From the NCBI GenBank assembly GCA_963707505.1, contig CAVPQB010000006.1, forward strand, positions 96,001-160,000: a DNA stretch of 64,000 nucleotides. Direction: 5' to 3'. This DNA is from an uncultured Gemmatimonadales bacterium. GTDB taxonomy: Bacteria > Gemmatimonadota > Gemmatimonadetes > Gemmatimonadales > Gemmatimonadaceae. Both the position numbers and the translations under genes were made by a program. The notes under the pieces are model-generated. The model ran no database searches and had not been told where the DNA came from. It saw only the letters and a list, made by a program, of their open reading frames with translations. Positions 40,741-49,766 of the stretch are shown piece by piece (within the stretch, counting starts at the first letter, position 1; each line of letters begins with the position of its first letter).

Positions 40741-41671
40741 TCAGGCATGACGGACAGCCCTTGCCCCCGACGCATGACGCGTGGGGTGCACATATCGCAC
40801 GTATTTCACCGTCTCGTCGTAAGCCGCCGCCGAGTTGAATGCGCGAACGAGGGCGCGTCGGACGGCGGAGTCGATGGGAGGATTGTCGAGCCAGTAGATG
40901 CGCGGATGTGCACTGACCGTGAATAGCGGCCAGGAGCGCTGTGACTTGTCGCGCAGGGAGATCGAAACCGATCCATCGGCGACGCCGCGAGCGTAAAGCG
41001 CGTAGCCCTTGCGATTCCAGCTGTGCGGAACCGAACGAACGACATTGGAATCTTCGGCAGCCGAATCGCGCGCCATGTCGGCGGGCGTCGCCGCGGCACC
41101 GGTCCGCAGATCGACTGCGGTATGTACGGTGTCGTGCATATTACCTGCCCGGCATCTCGTAGAATGTGCGGTGCTCCAGGAGCGCGTACGGGCCGCGCAC
41201 TTCCAGCACGTCGGTCTCGCCCGAGGCGGAGACGGCGGGGTCCTGCGGGGTGTCATCCTGAGGCCCGAGTGGAGTAGCATCGGGATACGCGCGAGCGTGA
41301 TGAGCCGCCATCGTCACGATTGCCGTGTCGTCGTACACGAGCGTCGAATCGTTCGACTGAAGGTCGCGCACGTAGACGCGCTCACCGGTGAACACAGCGT
41401 CGTCGAACGATCGGTCGACATCGGCTATGAACACCTCGTGAAAGCGCCCACCGAAGTGCGCGAGGGTCATCGGCACTGCCTTGACGTGAATTCCCGTCGC
41501 GCCGCTACGCACCCAGAACGCCGAATCGGCGGTTGCGACCAGAAATTCGGCGTCTGGCGGATCCGGCGCGTGCGCTGCACAGCCCAGGAATCCCGCTGCC
41601 AACACGAGCGCGAGAATGGGGAATACGGCCGATCCGGGCCGTAAGGAGCGAATGCGAGTGTGCCGTAACAT
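40741..41671 (-). CDS. Hypothetical lipoprotein (frameshift near 41150)
   Basis: Lipobox-like FLGC; ORFs 41141-41836 and 40741-41280 join into one plausible product. Confidence 0.55.
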
Positions 41672-41755
41672 CGCGCTGAATATACTCTGAGCGCGCTCCA
41701 CGCCGTAGATTTCCCGAGCCGCTCCCCCTCCCTGTCTCGCGCCACATTGTACTGC

Positions 41756-42988
41756 ATGCGATTTCTTGCTCTTCTCCTGATTCCGACGCTTGCCTGCGAG
41801 CAGGCTGCGTCCAGGACGCCGGACTCTTCGGGTCACGCCGCAACGACATCGAAGACGACGACCGCTGCGATGGTCGCAGCGACGGGCGTCGACACGACGC
41901 CGCTCGCTCCGACGGGAACCGCGGAAGTAATATCACTGCAAAAAGAACCGCGTCCGATTCGCGCATTGTACATCAACAGGTTCGCGGCGCAGAGCAGCGC
42001 GAAGATGCGGCATCTGATCGCCATCGCGGATTCGACGGAGATCAACGCATTCGTCATCGATATCAAGGACGAGTTCGGACTCAACTGGCACTCATCCGAT
42101 CCATTGCTGCAACGCAACGAAGGGAAGATGAACAAGGTCGCGAATCTTCCTGCGCTCGTTGATACGCTTCGTGCGCACGGTATCCTTCCAATCGCGCGGA
42201 TGGTGGTCTTCAAGGATTCGGTTGCTGCTCGCAACAATCCGGAGCATGTGATTCGGAAGGCCGACGGCACGCCGTGGCGCGACAAGAAGGGAGTCACATG
42301 GGTGAATCCTTACTCGCGCGCGATATGGGATTACAACTTCCGTGTCGCCGATGAAGCGGTGAAGATGGGTTTCGGAGAGATACAGTTCGATTACGTACGG
42401 TTCCCGGAGCCGTACAAGTCGTTGCCCCCGCAGGTATTTCCCGAAGCCGCGGGACGCAGCAAGGCAGACGCGCTGAACGATCTTCTCAAGACCGCACAAG
42501 CGCGGTACAACAAGATGGGCGTGCGAATGACGGCCGACATATTCGGGCTCGTGACCACCGTGCGCGGTCCGCTCGAAGTGGGCCAGGACTGGGAGAAAAT
42601 ATCTCCGGTCGTGGATGTCGTACTACCGATGGTATATCCATCACTCTACCCGCACGGAGCGTTCGGAATTCGCCTCCCCAACGCCGAGCCGCACAAAACG
42701 ATCTTCATCGCTATCACGAGTGCGCGAATGCGCGATGCAAAGCTCGGTATCACTACTCCGGAACATGTACGGCCGTGGCTGCAGGCGTTCACACTTGGTG
42801 CGCCGCATTACGGAGCGGCGGAGATCGAGGCGCAGAAGCAGGCTGTGTATGACGCGGGCTACGACGGATGGGTACTCTGGAGTCCAGGATCCAAATACGA
42901 CGAATTTCTTCCTGCGCTCGCCAGGAAGTTCGAGTCGCACAAAAAGTCGCCGCCACTGCCACTCCCACCGCACACGCCACTTGACTAA
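41756..42988 (+). CDS. Putative glycoside hydrolase (DUF4015-like) lipoprotein
   Basis: NAFVIDIKD, IARMVVFKD, WVNPY, EIQFDYVRFP, PMVYPS, RPWLQAF. Confidence 0.8.
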   Translation: MRFLALLLIPTLACEQAASRTPDSSGHAATTSKTTTAAMVAATGVDTTPLAPTGTAEVISLQKEPRPIRALYINRFAAQSSAKMRHLIAIADSTEINAFVIDIKDEFGLNWHSSDPLLQRNEGKMNKVANLPALVDTLRAHGILPIARMVVFKDSVAARNNPEHVIRKADGTPWRDKKGVTWVNPYSRAIWDYNFRVADEAVKMGFGEIQFDYVRFPEPYKSLPPQVFPEAAGRSKADALNDLLKTAQARYNKMGVRMTADIFGLVTTVRGPLEVGQDWEKISPVVDVVLPMVYPSLYPHGAFGIRLPNAEPHKTIFIAITSARMRDAKLGITTPEHVRPWLQAFTLGAPHYGAAEIEAQKQAVYDAGYDGWVLWSPGSKYDEFLPALARKFESHKKSPPLPLPPHTPLD

Positions 42989-43000
42989 GTTGCGGTCAGT

Positions 43001-43258
43001 ATGAGAACGGTTGTAACTATCGCTGGAATGCGCGGTGACCACTGCAAGCGCGCGCTCTTCACCGCGCTCACACCAATCGCGGGAATTCAATCCGCAGACG
43101 TTGCGTTGGGCCGCATCACCGTCGAACATGACGGGACGGTGACGGAGGAAGAATTGCGCGAAGCCATCTCAGTGACCGGCTACGTCATCGCCGACGTTGT
43201 CGAAGAGCGCCGCGTCCTGCCGGTAATTGACCCGTCGCTCGAAGCGCACCGGATCTAG
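43001..43258 (+). CDS. HMA-domain (CopZ-like) protein, degenerate metal motif
   Basis: IAGMRGDHC..AL..I.GI..ADV..EAISVTGY. Confidence 0.7.
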   Translation: MRTVVTIAGMRGDHCKRALFTALTPIAGIQSADVALGRITVEHDGTVTEEELREAISVTGYVIADVVEERRVLPVIDPSLEAHRI

Positions 43259-43983
43259 CGTTCGTTCGGAAACCGCTGCGAGGGCGGAACGCGCAGAAAG
43301 AAGTACATCCCTACCACCGCGATTATCGCAAACGAGAACCACTGAATCGCGTAGCTCTTGTGCGGGCCTTCATCCAGCGGTGGTGGCGGCACGCGCGGTG
43401 GTATGTTTCCGTTCGCTGCAGTGCTTCCCTCCAGCACGATCACGAACGGGTAAAGGGGATATGGCACGCGCGATTTGAGCGCGGTCAGATCCAGCCACCG
43501 GAACGAGTCCGGCCGTCCGGGCAAGACCGGAGATCCCGGAAGCGCCTTGAAGAGCGGGCGCGCATAGCCGGTGAAATTCACCGAATCACCCTCCTGCCAG
43601 CGCGATAGATCCACAGTCAGACCGTCCGGCGCGTAGACCCATCCTCTGTTCACGAGCACGGCTGTGTCGGTTCCGGCAATGCGGAGCGGCGTAACGATGT
43701 TGATACCTGGAGACCCGAGACGCGTGCGATCCGCGATCTTGATCTCGTGCGCGTAGTCGTACGCACCGTGTAGTGTTACGCGACGGTAATGCAGCGCTGC
43801 CGAATCGTGCGTCAATTGGCGAACGGGGACTGGCGGCTCGGCCAGGCGCGCGACAACCTCGGCGTTCTGTGCACGCCGTTGCGCCAGTCGCCGAAGCTGC
43901 CAGAAGCCGAGCGACATGGTGAGTATTACGAACGCGATGGCAAGCACCGATAGTACGTAGTCGCGAGCTGGGCGATGCATCAT
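43255..43983 (-). CDS. SURF1 family protein
   Basis: LGFWQLRR, VTPL, LVNRGWV, HKSYAIQWF. Confidence 0.92.
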   Translation of the reverse strand: MMHRPARDYVLSVLAIAFVILTMSLGFWQLRRLAQRRAQNAEVVARLAEPPVPVRQLTHDSAALHYRRVTLHGAYDYAHEIKIADRTRLGSPGINIVTPLRIAGTDTAVLVNRGWVYAPDGLTVDLSRWQEGDSVNFTGYARPLFKALPGSPVLPGRPDSFRWLDLTALKSRVPYPLYPFVIVLEGSTAANGNIPPRVPPPPLDEGPHKSYAIQWFSFAIIAVVGMYFFLRVPPSQRFPNER

Positions 43984-44050
43984 CTTCCGAAGGTAGTGGC
44001 GCGACGCGACGCCCGCACGGTGGGTCGATGCGGAACAGCATGAACGACCT

Positions 44051-44860
44051 TCACAGGAGGCGCATCTGCTCGCCCAGCATGTCCGGATCGATGGATTCCT
44101 GGCCCAGCATCTCCTGAAGATCGCGCGCTGAGCGTGGCGCGTGACCCGCGAAATAATTGCTCATGTATCCGTAAATGTCGGTGACGCTGTCAGGAACGAA
44201 TTCGATCGCATCGGCCCACCTTTTCAATTCGCGCGTGCGGTCCACCTGAATGCGTGAGTGATCGACGAGAAATCTGTTCGGGCCCATCCATCTGATATAG
44301 TGGAAGGCGGCCGTGGGTCGCGCCAGTAGCTCGATCATCCAGCGGCGCGGGATCCACGACCCATCCACGAGCGCGACAGCAACTCCGTAATCGCGCAGGA
44401 ATGCGAGTACGCCGGGAGTCATCCACCCACGCGTGCGAAATTCGATCGCGACACGAATGTCGCGCGGCAGACGCGGAACGAAGTCCACCAGCGCGGGGAG
44501 CTCTTCCGGTCCGAAGTCGGGGCCGAGCTGCACCAGGACAGCCCCGAGTTTCTCCCGTAGTTCGCGCGCGCGATCGAAGAAGAGATCGATGGTACCATCG
44601 ACGTCGCGCAGCCGCGCTTCGTGGGTTACCGTTTGCGGAAATTTGAGCGCGAAGATGAAATCCGCTGGCGTGCGGTCGTACCAGCCGCGCACCGTTGTCG
44701 ATGGCGGTACGGCGTAGAATGTCGAATCGACTTCGACAGTTGCGAACGCACGAGCGTAGGTCGGAAGAAAATCCGCCGACCGCGTTCCGTCTGGATAGAA
44801 CACACCGGCCCACGCCGAGTAGTTCCATCCCTGTGTTCCGATGTGGAGGGTCGCCGCCAT
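44051..44860 (-). CDS. DUF72 family protein
   Basis: IGTQGWNY..W, TVEVDSTFY, FALKFPQTVTH, IEFR. Confidence 0.92.
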   Translation of the reverse strand: MAATLHIGTQGWNYSAWAGVFYPDGTRSADFLPTYARAFATVEVDSTFYAVPPSTTVRGWYDRTPADFIFALKFPQTVTHEARLRDVDGTIDLFFDRARELREKLGAVLVQLGPDFGPEELPALVDFVPRLPRDIRVAIEFRTRGWMTPGVLAFLRDYGVAVALVDGSWIPRRWMIELLARPTAAFHYIRWMGPNRFLVDHSRIQVDRTRELKRWADAIEFVPDSVTDIYGYMSNYFAGHAPRSARDLQEMLGQESIDPDMLGEQMRLL

Positions 44861-44912
44861 ACATTGAATCGGTGCAATAATCGAATCGCTGTCAAGATGA
44901 ACACACGTCGTG

Positions 44913-44927
44913 TGGCATCCACCTTGC
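44913..44927 (+). promoter_or_regulatory. Sigma54 -24/-12 promoter candidate
   Basis: TGGCATCCACCTTGC. Confidence 0.7.
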
Positions 44928-44992
44928 CCCTCATGTCTGGATATCGGCGCCCGTTGTGGCGGCGGTCGGACGCCATTCCCATTGGAGGCAGT

Positions 44993-45574
44993 ATGGATAG
45001 CAGAAAAAACAACCCGGACAAGCGCAAATCAGTTCCGAACGAGCCGTCCCGAATCGCGGGTGACGAGGTCGGGGAAGCTGCTGGCGGCATCTCGGGCGTC
45101 GTGGTTGGCGCGGCGATCGGCTCCGTAGGAGGACCTGTTGGCACGCTCATTGGCGGAATTGCAGGTGCGGTCGGCGGATGGTGGGCTGGCCATGCAGTTG
45201 CCGAAGCTGCGCAGGAATACACGGTCGGCGACGATGCAGTTTATCGCAACCACTACGACAACTCGCCAAACCGGCTCGCAGATCGGGATTACGAATCCGT
45301 GAGTCCCGCCTACCGGTTGGGGCATCTTGCGGCGCGTAATCCGGACTATCGCGGCCGTCCGTTCAATGAAGTCGAAGACGAGCTGCGCCGCGGCTGGAAC
45401 GGTGGCGCGAGACAGACTTACGGCGAATGGGATGCCGTGCGAGGGTATGTCAACGACGCGTATGATCGTAGCGCGAGCGCCAGCGAACAGCAGCGTCTTC
45501 GTGACGAGGCGAACGACGCAGCAAACGAAGCCGACACGCGTCTGGAAGATTCAGGCGATATGAATATTTTCTAA
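44993..45574 (+). CDS. Glycine-zipper-containing hypothetical protein (stress-type)
   Basis: SD GGAGG; GxxxG zipper GGISGVVVGAAIGSVGGPVGTLIGGIAGAVGG; PAYRLG..EDELRRGW..W. Confidence 0.75.
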   Translation: MDSRKNNPDKRKSVPNEPSRIAGDEVGEAAGGISGVVVGAAIGSVGGPVGTLIGGIAGAVGGWWAGHAVAEAAQEYTVGDDAVYRNHYDNSPNRLADRDYESVSPAYRLGHLAARNPDYRGRPFNEVEDELRRGWNGGARQTYGEWDAVRGYVNDAYDRSASASEQQRLRDEANDAANEADTRLEDSGDMNIF

Positions 45575-45592
45575 AGCGTAACGCGCCCCGTA

Positions 45593-45651
45593 GAGAAAGT
45601 GGGGTCAGAGTCGGACTTCCGCGCGGAAGTCGACTCTGACCCCACTTTCTC
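45593..45651. repeat. Long near-perfect inverted repeat (REP-like or terminator)
   Basis: gagaaagtggggtcagagtcggacttccgc|gcggaagtcgactctgaccccactttctc between convergent genes. Confidence 0.75.
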
Positions 45652-45653
45652 GT

Positions 45654-46010
45654 TCAGTCCTCTATCTCGCCGCCGCCCTCGGCCCATCCGCGGAATCCGC
45701 CCTTGAGCGACGTAACATGCCGATACCCCATCTGCTGCAGCGTATCAGCGGCGAGCGCAGAGCGTGATCCGCCGGCACAGTACACGACAATCTCCTTGTC
45801 GCGGTCGAGAACGCCTTCGATCTTCCCCTCGAGCTGACCGCGTGGTACGTGAATCGCGCCGGGCACGTGCCCCAGATTCCATTCGTTCGGCTCGCGCACA
45901 TCCAGAAAGACAGTGCCTGGCTTCCGCTTCTCCATGATCGCATTCGCCGCATCGATTTCCTTTACTCGCGCCTTTGCTTCTGCAACGAGATCGCTTCCGC
46001 TTTTCGTCAT
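45654..46010 (-). CDS. Rhodanese-like sulfurtransferase
   Basis: LDVREPNEW..GHVPGA, YCAGGSRS; ATGA overlap with the upstream gene. Confidence 0.92.
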   Translation of the reverse strand: MTKSGSDLVAEAKARVKEIDAANAIMEKRKPGTVFLDVREPNEWNLGHVPGAIHVPRGQLEGKIEGVLDRDKEIVVYCAGGSRSALAADTLQQMGYRHVTSLKGGFRGWAEGGGEIED

Positions 46011-46933
46011 GACTGTTCCACGCTGAGGGTTTGTGAATCTGTGTCGAGCGTCGCGATTGCACCGAGCGGAATCGTCCACTGATCGTCGACGTGTCCCATC
46101 GGTATTCCAGCGATGCACGGAATGTTCAAAGTGCTTGCAAATTCCGCGAGCACGTCGTCGAGCGTACGTGACTGGCGCGTGTCACCGGGTGATTCGTCTG
46201 CATCGCAGGATGTGCAGTATCCAAATGCGATTCCAGTAAGTCCGGATAGCTCGCCCGCGAGCGAAAGCTGCGTGAGCATGCGATCGATACGGTACAGCCC
46301 CTCGTTGGTGTCTTCAATTACCAGAATCGCACCGTCGAGATCCGGAAAATATGGCGTACCGGCGAGAGAAGATATCAGCGAAAGGTTTCCGCCCGCGAGT
46401 CTTCCGCGTGCGCGGCCGGCGCGAACCACGCGCGCGCCGGCCGCGGCACCGCACGGATCGACACCCAGAACCAGTGCGCGCTCGAACGACGTACGCGCAA
46501 ATGGCGTGAGCTGAGTACGCGCGTTGGGAGAATGATAAGTAATGATCTCGCACGCGCGACCCAGTGCCGCGTGCAGTCCGGAGATGTCGGAGTATCCCAT
46601 GACCGGCTTGGGATGCCTGCGCGCCGCGTCATAGTCGAGATGCTCCAGTATGCGCATCACACCGTAACCACCGCGCAGACACCAGATTGCATCAACAGAA
46701 TCGTCACGCAACGCAGCGTTCATGTCTGCGATACGGTCTGCGTCTGTCGCCGCAAAATAGCTGTAGCGCGCAAGCACATGCTCACCAACTGTCGTTTCCC
46801 AGCCGAACGAGCGAGCCGTCGCGAGCGCTGTCTCTACGTCGCCACGATCCTTCAAGGGCCCAGATGGTGCAACCAGCGCTACTCTGGCGCCCGCGCCTGT
46901 CGTTTGAACGTGTGAAAAGCCTCGAATTGGCAT
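46007..46933 (-). CDS. LD-carboxypeptidase, S66 family
   Basis: VAPSG, RGGYG, GYSDIS, GGNL, IEDTNE, MGH. Confidence 0.92.
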   Translation of the reverse strand: MPIRGFSHVQTTGAGARVALVAPSGPLKDRGDVETALATARSFGWETTVGEHVLARYSYFAATDADRIADMNAALRDDSVDAIWCLRGGYGVMRILEHLDYDAARRHPKPVMGYSDISGLHAALGRACEIITYHSPNARTQLTPFARTSFERALVLGVDPCGAAAGARVVRAGRARGRLAGGNLSLISSLAGTPYFPDLDGAILVIEDTNEGLYRIDRMLTQLSLAGELSGLTGIAFGYCTSCDADESPGDTRQSRTLDDVLAEFASTLNIPCIAGIPMGHVDDQWTIPLGAIATLDTDSQTLSVEQS

Positions 46934-46983
46934 GTGAATTCTGGAATGCGAGATGGCGAACGCCCGACGTTACAACACTAATC

Positions 46984-46998
46984 TGGCACATGCGTTGC
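46984..46998 (+). promoter_or_regulatory. Sigma54 -24/-12 promoter candidate
   Basis: TGGCACATGCGTTGC, near-consensus. Confidence 0.75.
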
Positions 46999-47050
46999 CA
47001 GCTTTCACATAAACGGGAAAACAACTTCTCGCCATCACGGAGGAATTCTT

Positions 47051-47509
47051 ATGGCCGGCAGAGATAGGCATGATAATGATTCGAACGACCCGAACAACAG
47101 TTCTCGCAAATCAAAATCAAAGACCAGCTCGAATGGTGGGATGAACGCCTCGACTGGCTCGACGCAGGACAGGCAGCCAAGTATGGGCGGCTCCCAAGGC
47201 ACCATGGATGAAGCTCGCGACCGGGACCGCGACCAGGCCCGGACCAGCCGGGGAAACGCATCGTCGAGTAGCTCTCGTGAGGAGGGCGGGTACGGCGCCG
47301 ATTCCGGGTATAGCGACGCATCACGTCGCTCTGGCAGCCAGAGCTCGAGCGATGAGAACGCTCGGCGGGCGAGTGGTACTTCGAGCAGTCCCCCAAATGA
47401 TACATCGGGCAAGCGGTCGTCGAGTGACAGGAATTCTTCAAGCTCGCGCGAGTCCGGAAGTGACGCATCACGTCGCGGTCAGGGTGGCTCCGGCAGCGGA
47501 CGGACCTGA
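47051..47509 (+). CDS. Low-complexity Ser/Gly/Arg/Asp-rich disordered protein
   Basis: SD GGAGG; almost no hydrophobic residues; hairpin downstream. Confidence 0.7.
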   Translation: MAGRDRHDNDSNDPNNSSRKSKSKTSSNGGMNASTGSTQDRQPSMGGSQGTMDEARDRDRDQARTSRGNASSSSSREEGGYGADSGYSDASRRSGSQSSSDENARRASGTSSSPPNDTSGKRSSSDRNSSSSRESGSDASRRGQGGSGSGRT

Positions 47510-47528
47510 TTGTCCTGACGTCGAAATC

Positions 47529-47564
47529 CACGAGAGGCGCGCCAACACCGGCGCGCCTCTCGTG
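47529..47564 (+). terminator. Hairpin after the disordered-protein gene
   Basis: cacgagaggcgcgcc-aacacc-ggcgcgcctctcgtg; weak U tract. Confidence 0.5.
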
Positions 47565-47597
47565 CGTTCGGGACCGGTATGCCGATAGCTTTCGCGC

Positions 47598-48782
47598 ATG
47601 CCGGCAATGAACCATTCCGTGGCGGCCACCATCGCCGCCACAATTCCGTGGATCCTCACGCCGATAATCGCGTCGCTGCGCATGGCGCGCTCCACATCCC
47701 TCGACGCCGAATCGCCGCAGCCACCGGCCGATCCGCCGCGTGTTACGGTAACAGTTCCCGCACGCAATGAGTCCCGAAACATCGCTGCATGTCTCCAGTC
47801 TATCCTCGCCTCGTCATATCCACATCTGGAAGTGATCGCAGTCAACGATCACTCGAGCGACGACACTGCGGTAATCGCCCGTGCCGTCGCGTCCGCCGAT
47901 CCACGTCTCACTGTTCTGGATAACCCGGATCTGCCGGCTGACTGGTTCGGGAAGCAATGGGCCTGCCAGACTGGCGCCAACGCGGCGTCAGGCGACATAC
48001 TCGTGTTCATGGACGCTGACGCGCGCGCCGCGCCGGACCTCGTCGTGCGATCCGTGAACGGCATGCTCCGCACGCAAGCGGATTTCTATTCCGTGCTGGG
48101 GCGCCAGGAGATGATCACCTTCTGGGAGCGTCTGCTGCAGATGCAGGTCTTCACCGTTCTGGTAACGCGGTTCGGCGGCACCGAAATTGTTAACCGGTCC
48201 AGGAAAGCATCCGCGAAGATCGCGAACGGCCAGTATCTCATGGTGCGCCGCGCAACCTACGACGAATTTGGCGGACATGGACTCGTGCGCGGATACGTCG
48301 CCGAGGACCTGATGCTCGCCCAGCGCTACTTCGAGCTTGGGAAAAAGACGGTGCTGGTCGAGGGTATCGATCAGCTATCGACGCGCATGTACACATCGCT
48401 CGCGGAGCTGATGGCCGGTTGGCGCAAGAATCTCTTTGCTGGTGGCCGGCATTCCATGCCGTTCGGGGGCCGCGCTGCCTGGCTCGCTCCGCTGTTGTTA
48501 CCACTCCCCTTCCTGATGCAGCTGGCGCCACCTCTGCTACTTCTCATCGCGGTCCTGTTCCAAATTCCCGCGCTCGAGCTGTGGGGAGCGATTACGACGG
48601 GTGTCACGCTGCTGACATGGCTCGTCTACTATCGCCTCGCCCGCGTACCCGTGCTGTACGCGTTGCTCTTTCCGCTCGGCGCGGCGGTCACTCTTTACAT
48701 CACACTCTCTGCGGTATTACGTGGCAGTCGCGTCGAATGGAAGGGACGCGAGTATCAGAGCGTACATCCTGCGAGCTCCTGA
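47598..48782 (+). CDS. GT2 glycosyltransferase (CrtQ/CruG/HpnB-like)
   Basis: VPARNE, NDHSSD, WFGKQWAC, FMDAD, ANGQY, VAEDL, RMY, GWRKN, EWKGR; C-terminal TM helices. Confidence 0.85.
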   Translation: MPAMNHSVAATIAATIPWILTPIIASLRMARSTSLDAESPQPPADPPRVTVTVPARNESRNIAACLQSILASSYPHLEVIAVNDHSSDDTAVIARAVASADPRLTVLDNPDLPADWFGKQWACQTGANAASGDILVFMDADARAAPDLVVRSVNGMLRTQADFYSVLGRQEMITFWERLLQMQVFTVLVTRFGGTEIVNRSRKASAKIANGQYLMVRRATYDEFGGHGLVRGYVAEDLMLAQRYFELGKKTVLVEGIDQLSTRMYTSLAELMAGWRKNLFAGGRHSMPFGGRAAWLAPLLLPLPFLMQLAPPLLLLIAVLFQIPALELWGAITTGVTLLTWLVYYRLARVPVLYALLFPLGAAVTLYITLSAVLRGSRVEWKGREYQSVHPASS

Positions 48783-48795
48783 TCACACGTCGGAG

Positions 48796-48969
48796 CTACT
48801 TGCCGCGCTGACCACCCTTCGCCGAGGTCGCCTGCGGCTTGGGACGAGGAGCCGAAACGTTGACTGTCCGCGACTTGGACGGCGGAACTGTGTTCGGAAT
48901 CCCTCCCGACTTTGGACGCGATGGCTTGCGTGAGAAATCCGGAATCTCGCGCGTCGATTTCTTTTTCAT
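48796..48969 (-). CDS. Small basic protein (57 aa)
   Basis: Own SD GGAGG before ATG 48969; MKKKSTREIPDFSRKP..KGGQRGK. Confidence 0.55.
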   Translation of the reverse strand: MKKKSTREIPDFSRKPSRPKSGGIPNTVPPSKSRTVNVSAPRPKPQATSAKGGQRGK

Positions 48970-49176
48970 AAAGCCTCCAGAGTGTGATGGCTCGGGTTCC
49001 GGAGACCGGACGCCGAACATCTCCGCCTTTTCCCGAAACGTAAACGTCGTGCCACACTGGGTGCAGACGTAGTTTCCCGTGCGCTTCCCCAGATCGTATT
49101 CCTTCGCGAGCGCAGGGTGCTCACAGGGTCTGTCACCCCATTCCTGTTTGATCGCCGCAGCCCGCTTTTTCTGCAT
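48970..49176 (-). CDS. Small zinc-ribbon-like protein (reads in frame into the next ORF as given)
   Basis: WGDRPCEHP..KEY..TGNYVCTQCG; 3' end uncertain. Confidence 0.55.
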
Positions 49177-49203
49177 GAATGTAAAATAAGCAGCGACGGC
49201 CCT

Positions 49204-49758
49204 TTAGCTGGTCCCTTCACTCTCCGGGCGAGGAATCGGTCGTCGCATCCTGGCGAACGGAATCGCGACACCAGCCACATGAACGGCATCGCGCTCCACC
49301 ACCGAAAACCCGAGCGCCGAGTAGAGCGGCTCGCCAGGGCTGGTCGCGATCAGCTCGAAGCTGCGAAACCCCGCCATCCATGCGGCACGCGCACACTCCG
49401 CGTACAGTTGCCGCGCGAGTCCACGACGCGCCCAGCGTGGATGCACGAAAAACGCGCGTATACGAGCAGCGTCCACTGTTGGATCGAGCCTGGGATCTTC
49501 AGTTCCTTTCATCCGATCGCCACCGTACAGCGTGCGTCGCGCGCTCCAGCCGCCGGCTGCAACCAGTTCATGGTCCTCTTCGATCAGATAGTACGTGCCG
49601 TCCGCGATCACCTGGCTGTCGACGCCAAATATGTGCGTGACAGCAGCCTCGATCTGCTCCGGTGTGTAGAAGCCGACACTGAGCTCGCGCGCCGAAGATT
49701 CGATGAGCGAGCCGAGCGCGGCGATGTCGGCAGGAGTAGCGGAACGAAGAATGCTCAC
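49204..49758 (-). CDS. GNAT family acetyltransferase
   Basis: FFVHPRWARRGLAR, GEPLYSALGF; start uncertain. Confidence 0.88.
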   Translation of the reverse strand: MSILRSATPADIAALGSLIESSARELSVGFYTPEQIEAAVTHIFGVDSQVIADGTYYLIEEDHELVAAGGWSARRTLYGGDRMKGTEDPRLDPTVDAARIRAFFVHPRWARRGLARQLYAECARAAWMAGFRSFELIATSPGEPLYSALGFSVVERDAVHVAGVAIPFARMRRPIPRPESEGTS

Positions 49759-49766
49759 GCGCGCGC

